Below are positions 17,757 through 20,000 of a DNA stretch of 20,000 bases, piece by piece; position 1 is the first letter of the stretch; each line of letters begins with the position of its first letter. The notes under the pieces were generated by a model. It ran no database searches and was not told where the DNA came from. It saw only the letters and a program-made list of their open reading frames with translations. Made by a program: the position numbers and the translations under genes. The stretch comes from Fonticula-like sp. SCN 57-25. Lineage: Eukaryota. The DNA is taken from assembly GCA_001724245.1 (NCBI GenBank), contig MEDX01000019.1, positions 50,206-70,205 of the forward strand, in the 5' to 3' direction.

Positions 17757-20000
17757 ATGATGATGCACGTGGTGCGCCGCGCGGCGCGCGCGCAGGTCCG
17801 TCCACCCTCCACACACGCGCGCACCTTGCTCACTGTACACTAGACACTCCGCCTGCTGGCTACCGCTGGCCCTCGCGCCGTTTCGACGACGGCGCCCTCG
17901 CTTTCGTTCCGCACGACCATGCCGGCGCATGCCGCCGATGGCGAGGCCCCCGGTCCCGCTCCCCGCAAGATGGCGTTCCAGGCCGAGACGCGCAAGCTGC
18001 TCGACATTGTCGCCAAGTCGCTCTACTCTGAGAAGGAGGTCTTTATCCGCGAGCTCATCTCGAACGCGTCGGACGCCCTCGAAAAGGTACGCGCTAGACA
18101 TCGTGTTGCTTTTCTGACTTGCTCGCCAGCTGCGCTATGCGCGCTCGACCGAGTCCGGCTCCCTTGGCGACTCTGCCCTCGAGATTCACATTTCGACCGA
18201 CGAAGCCGCCGGCACCCTTACGCTGGTCGACAATGGCATTGGCATGACCGAGGACGAGCTCATCGCCAACCTCGGCACGATCGCGCGTTCCGGCAGCAAG
18301 GCCTTTATGGACGATCTCGCCGCCAAGGGCGCGTCCGGCGCCCGCGAAAACATCATTGGCCAATTCGGTGTCGGCTTTTACTCTGCCTTTATGGTCGGCA
18401 AGCAGGTCGAAGTGTACACGCGCTCTGCCAAAGGCGGCCCCGGCCTCAAGTGGACGAGCGACGGCGCCGGCGAGTACGAGATCACCGCCTGCGACGATCT
18501 CCCCGTCGGCACCAAGATTGTCATCCACCTGCACGACGCGAGCAAGTCCTTTTCGCAGGCCGCCACCGTCGACAGCATTGTCAAAAAGTACAGCAACTTT
18601 GTCGGCTACCCCGTGATCGTCAATGGCGCGCGCGCCAACAATGTCCTTCCGCTGTGGATGATGCCCAAGGACGCCGTCAAGGACGCCGACTACAAAGAGT
18701 TTTACCGCTTTGTCTCTGGCTCGTTCGATGACCCGCAGTACTCTCTGCACTACGCCGCGGACGCCCCCCTCATGCTCCGCACGCTCCTTTTCGTGCCGAC
18801 CACCAACATGGACATGCTCGGCATCAACAAGCAGGAGCAAGGCGGCGTCAGCCTCTACACCCGCAAGGTCCTCATCCAGGCCAAGTGCAAGCAGCTCCTC
18901 CCTGATTGGCTGCGCTTTGTCAAAGGCGTCGTCGACTCTGAAGACATCCCGCTCAACCTCTCTCGCGAGATGCTTCAAGACAGCCTCCTCATTGCGCGCC
19001 TTCGCCACCACCTGACCGGCCGCGTCATCCGCTGGCTCGCCGACGAGGCAAAGAAAGACGAAGCCAAATACCGCCAATTCTTTGCCAACTTTGGCGTTTT
19101 CCTCAAGGAAGGTGTCTGCACCGACAGCGAGTTCCAGGAAAAGATTGCAAAGCTGCTCAGGTTCAAGTCGTCGGGGACGGCCGACAAGGACGAGATGACG
19201 TCATTGGATGCGTATGTGGATAGGATGAAGCCGGAGCAGAAGGGGATTTACTATATGGCGGCGCCGTCGAGGGAGCTTGCGTTGGAGTCGCCTTACTATG
19301 ATCCGTTCAAGGAGAGCGGCATCGAGGTACGAAGAAGAATTTGGGAGAGAGAAAGAAATTGGGTTGATGATGGTGAATGTGTATTGTATGATGATCATGA
19401 TAATAGTATGTTCATGATGATCATGGTAATGATGTGTGTTGTATTACATGTTGTATCATGGTCATGTTCATATTCATGTTCATGTTCATATTCATATTCA
19501 TGTTCATATTCATATGCATGTTCATATTCATATTCATGTTCATATTCATATTCATGTTCATGTTCATGTTCATGTTCATATTCTTGTTCATGTTCATGTT
19601 CATATCCATGTTCATGTTCATATTCATATTCATGTTCATATTCATCTTATACTAACCCATTATAGGTCATCTTTTTGCACGACTCTGTCGACGAATTCGT
19701 CACAAACGCCCTCCGCTCCTACGCCGGCAAGGACCTCATCAACATCCAGGGCGACCACGTGGACCTCAAGGACATTATGAAATCCACCCCTGAATCCACC
19801 CCCTCCTCTGACGAAAAGTCCACCTCTACTTCTTCAAGTGGAGCTCGCCCATTGGCCGCAGATGACGCGACCGCCCTCGCCACGTGGCTCACCAAGACGC
19901 TCGGCCAATCAGTGTCCGAGGTGCGTGTGAGTAAGCGCCTCGTGGCGCATCCGGCGATTGTGGTTGGTCACGAGTCGGCGGCCACGAGGAGGATGATTGC
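17757..20000 (+). CDS. TRAP1: Mitochondrial Hsp90 (TRAP1/Hsp75), 3' end outside window
   Basis: Exons 17757-17795, 17844-18086, 18130-19326, 19666->20000. Arg-rich presequence; [83 protein letters not shown]; no charged linker. Confidence 0.95.
19461..19645. repeat. Hexamer microsatellite (TTCATG/TTCATA)n inside TRAP1 intron 3
   Basis: About 30 degenerate units within intron 19327-19665, followed by TACTAAC (19650-19656) and TAG acceptor. Confidence 0.95.

Noticed and set aside
19421-19780. ORFs of MN/HV/FMFI repeats and the SCSYS tail of ORF 18244..19665
   Set aside because: Translations of an intronic microsatellite; TRAP1 homology resumes at 19666 after a TACTAAC..TAG acceptor.

Overview
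Gene-dense, GC-rich eukaryotic DNA with many short GT-AG introns (mostly 42-65 nt, donors GTACGY/GTGCGY, branch CTRAC). Inferred source: a unicellular opisthokont or early-diverging fungal relative, since fungal-type Upa1/Pib1-like and PSP1 genes occur together with TRAP1. Genes were spliced by hand; family calls come from motif recall, not searches. In order: (1) secreted DNRLRE/CBM96-like + EGF + Cys-repeat protein (minus, runs off the left edge); (2) ankyrin-DysF-MIT-FYVE-RING protein; (3) PRP18; (4) PSP1 C-terminal domain protein; (5) TMEM97/EXPERA; (6,7) two tandem paralogues with a WD40 propeller-coiled coil-SAM-SAM architecture, each with visible lesions; (8) an intronless homologue of the antiviral, anti-frameshifting factor Shiftless (SHFL/RyDEN/C19orf66), tail-to-tail with the WD40-SAM pair; (9) ACBP; (10) TRAP1 (runs off the right edge). 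The most interesting block is about 10.4-16.7 kb, a candidate antiviral or immune island between housekeeping genes.
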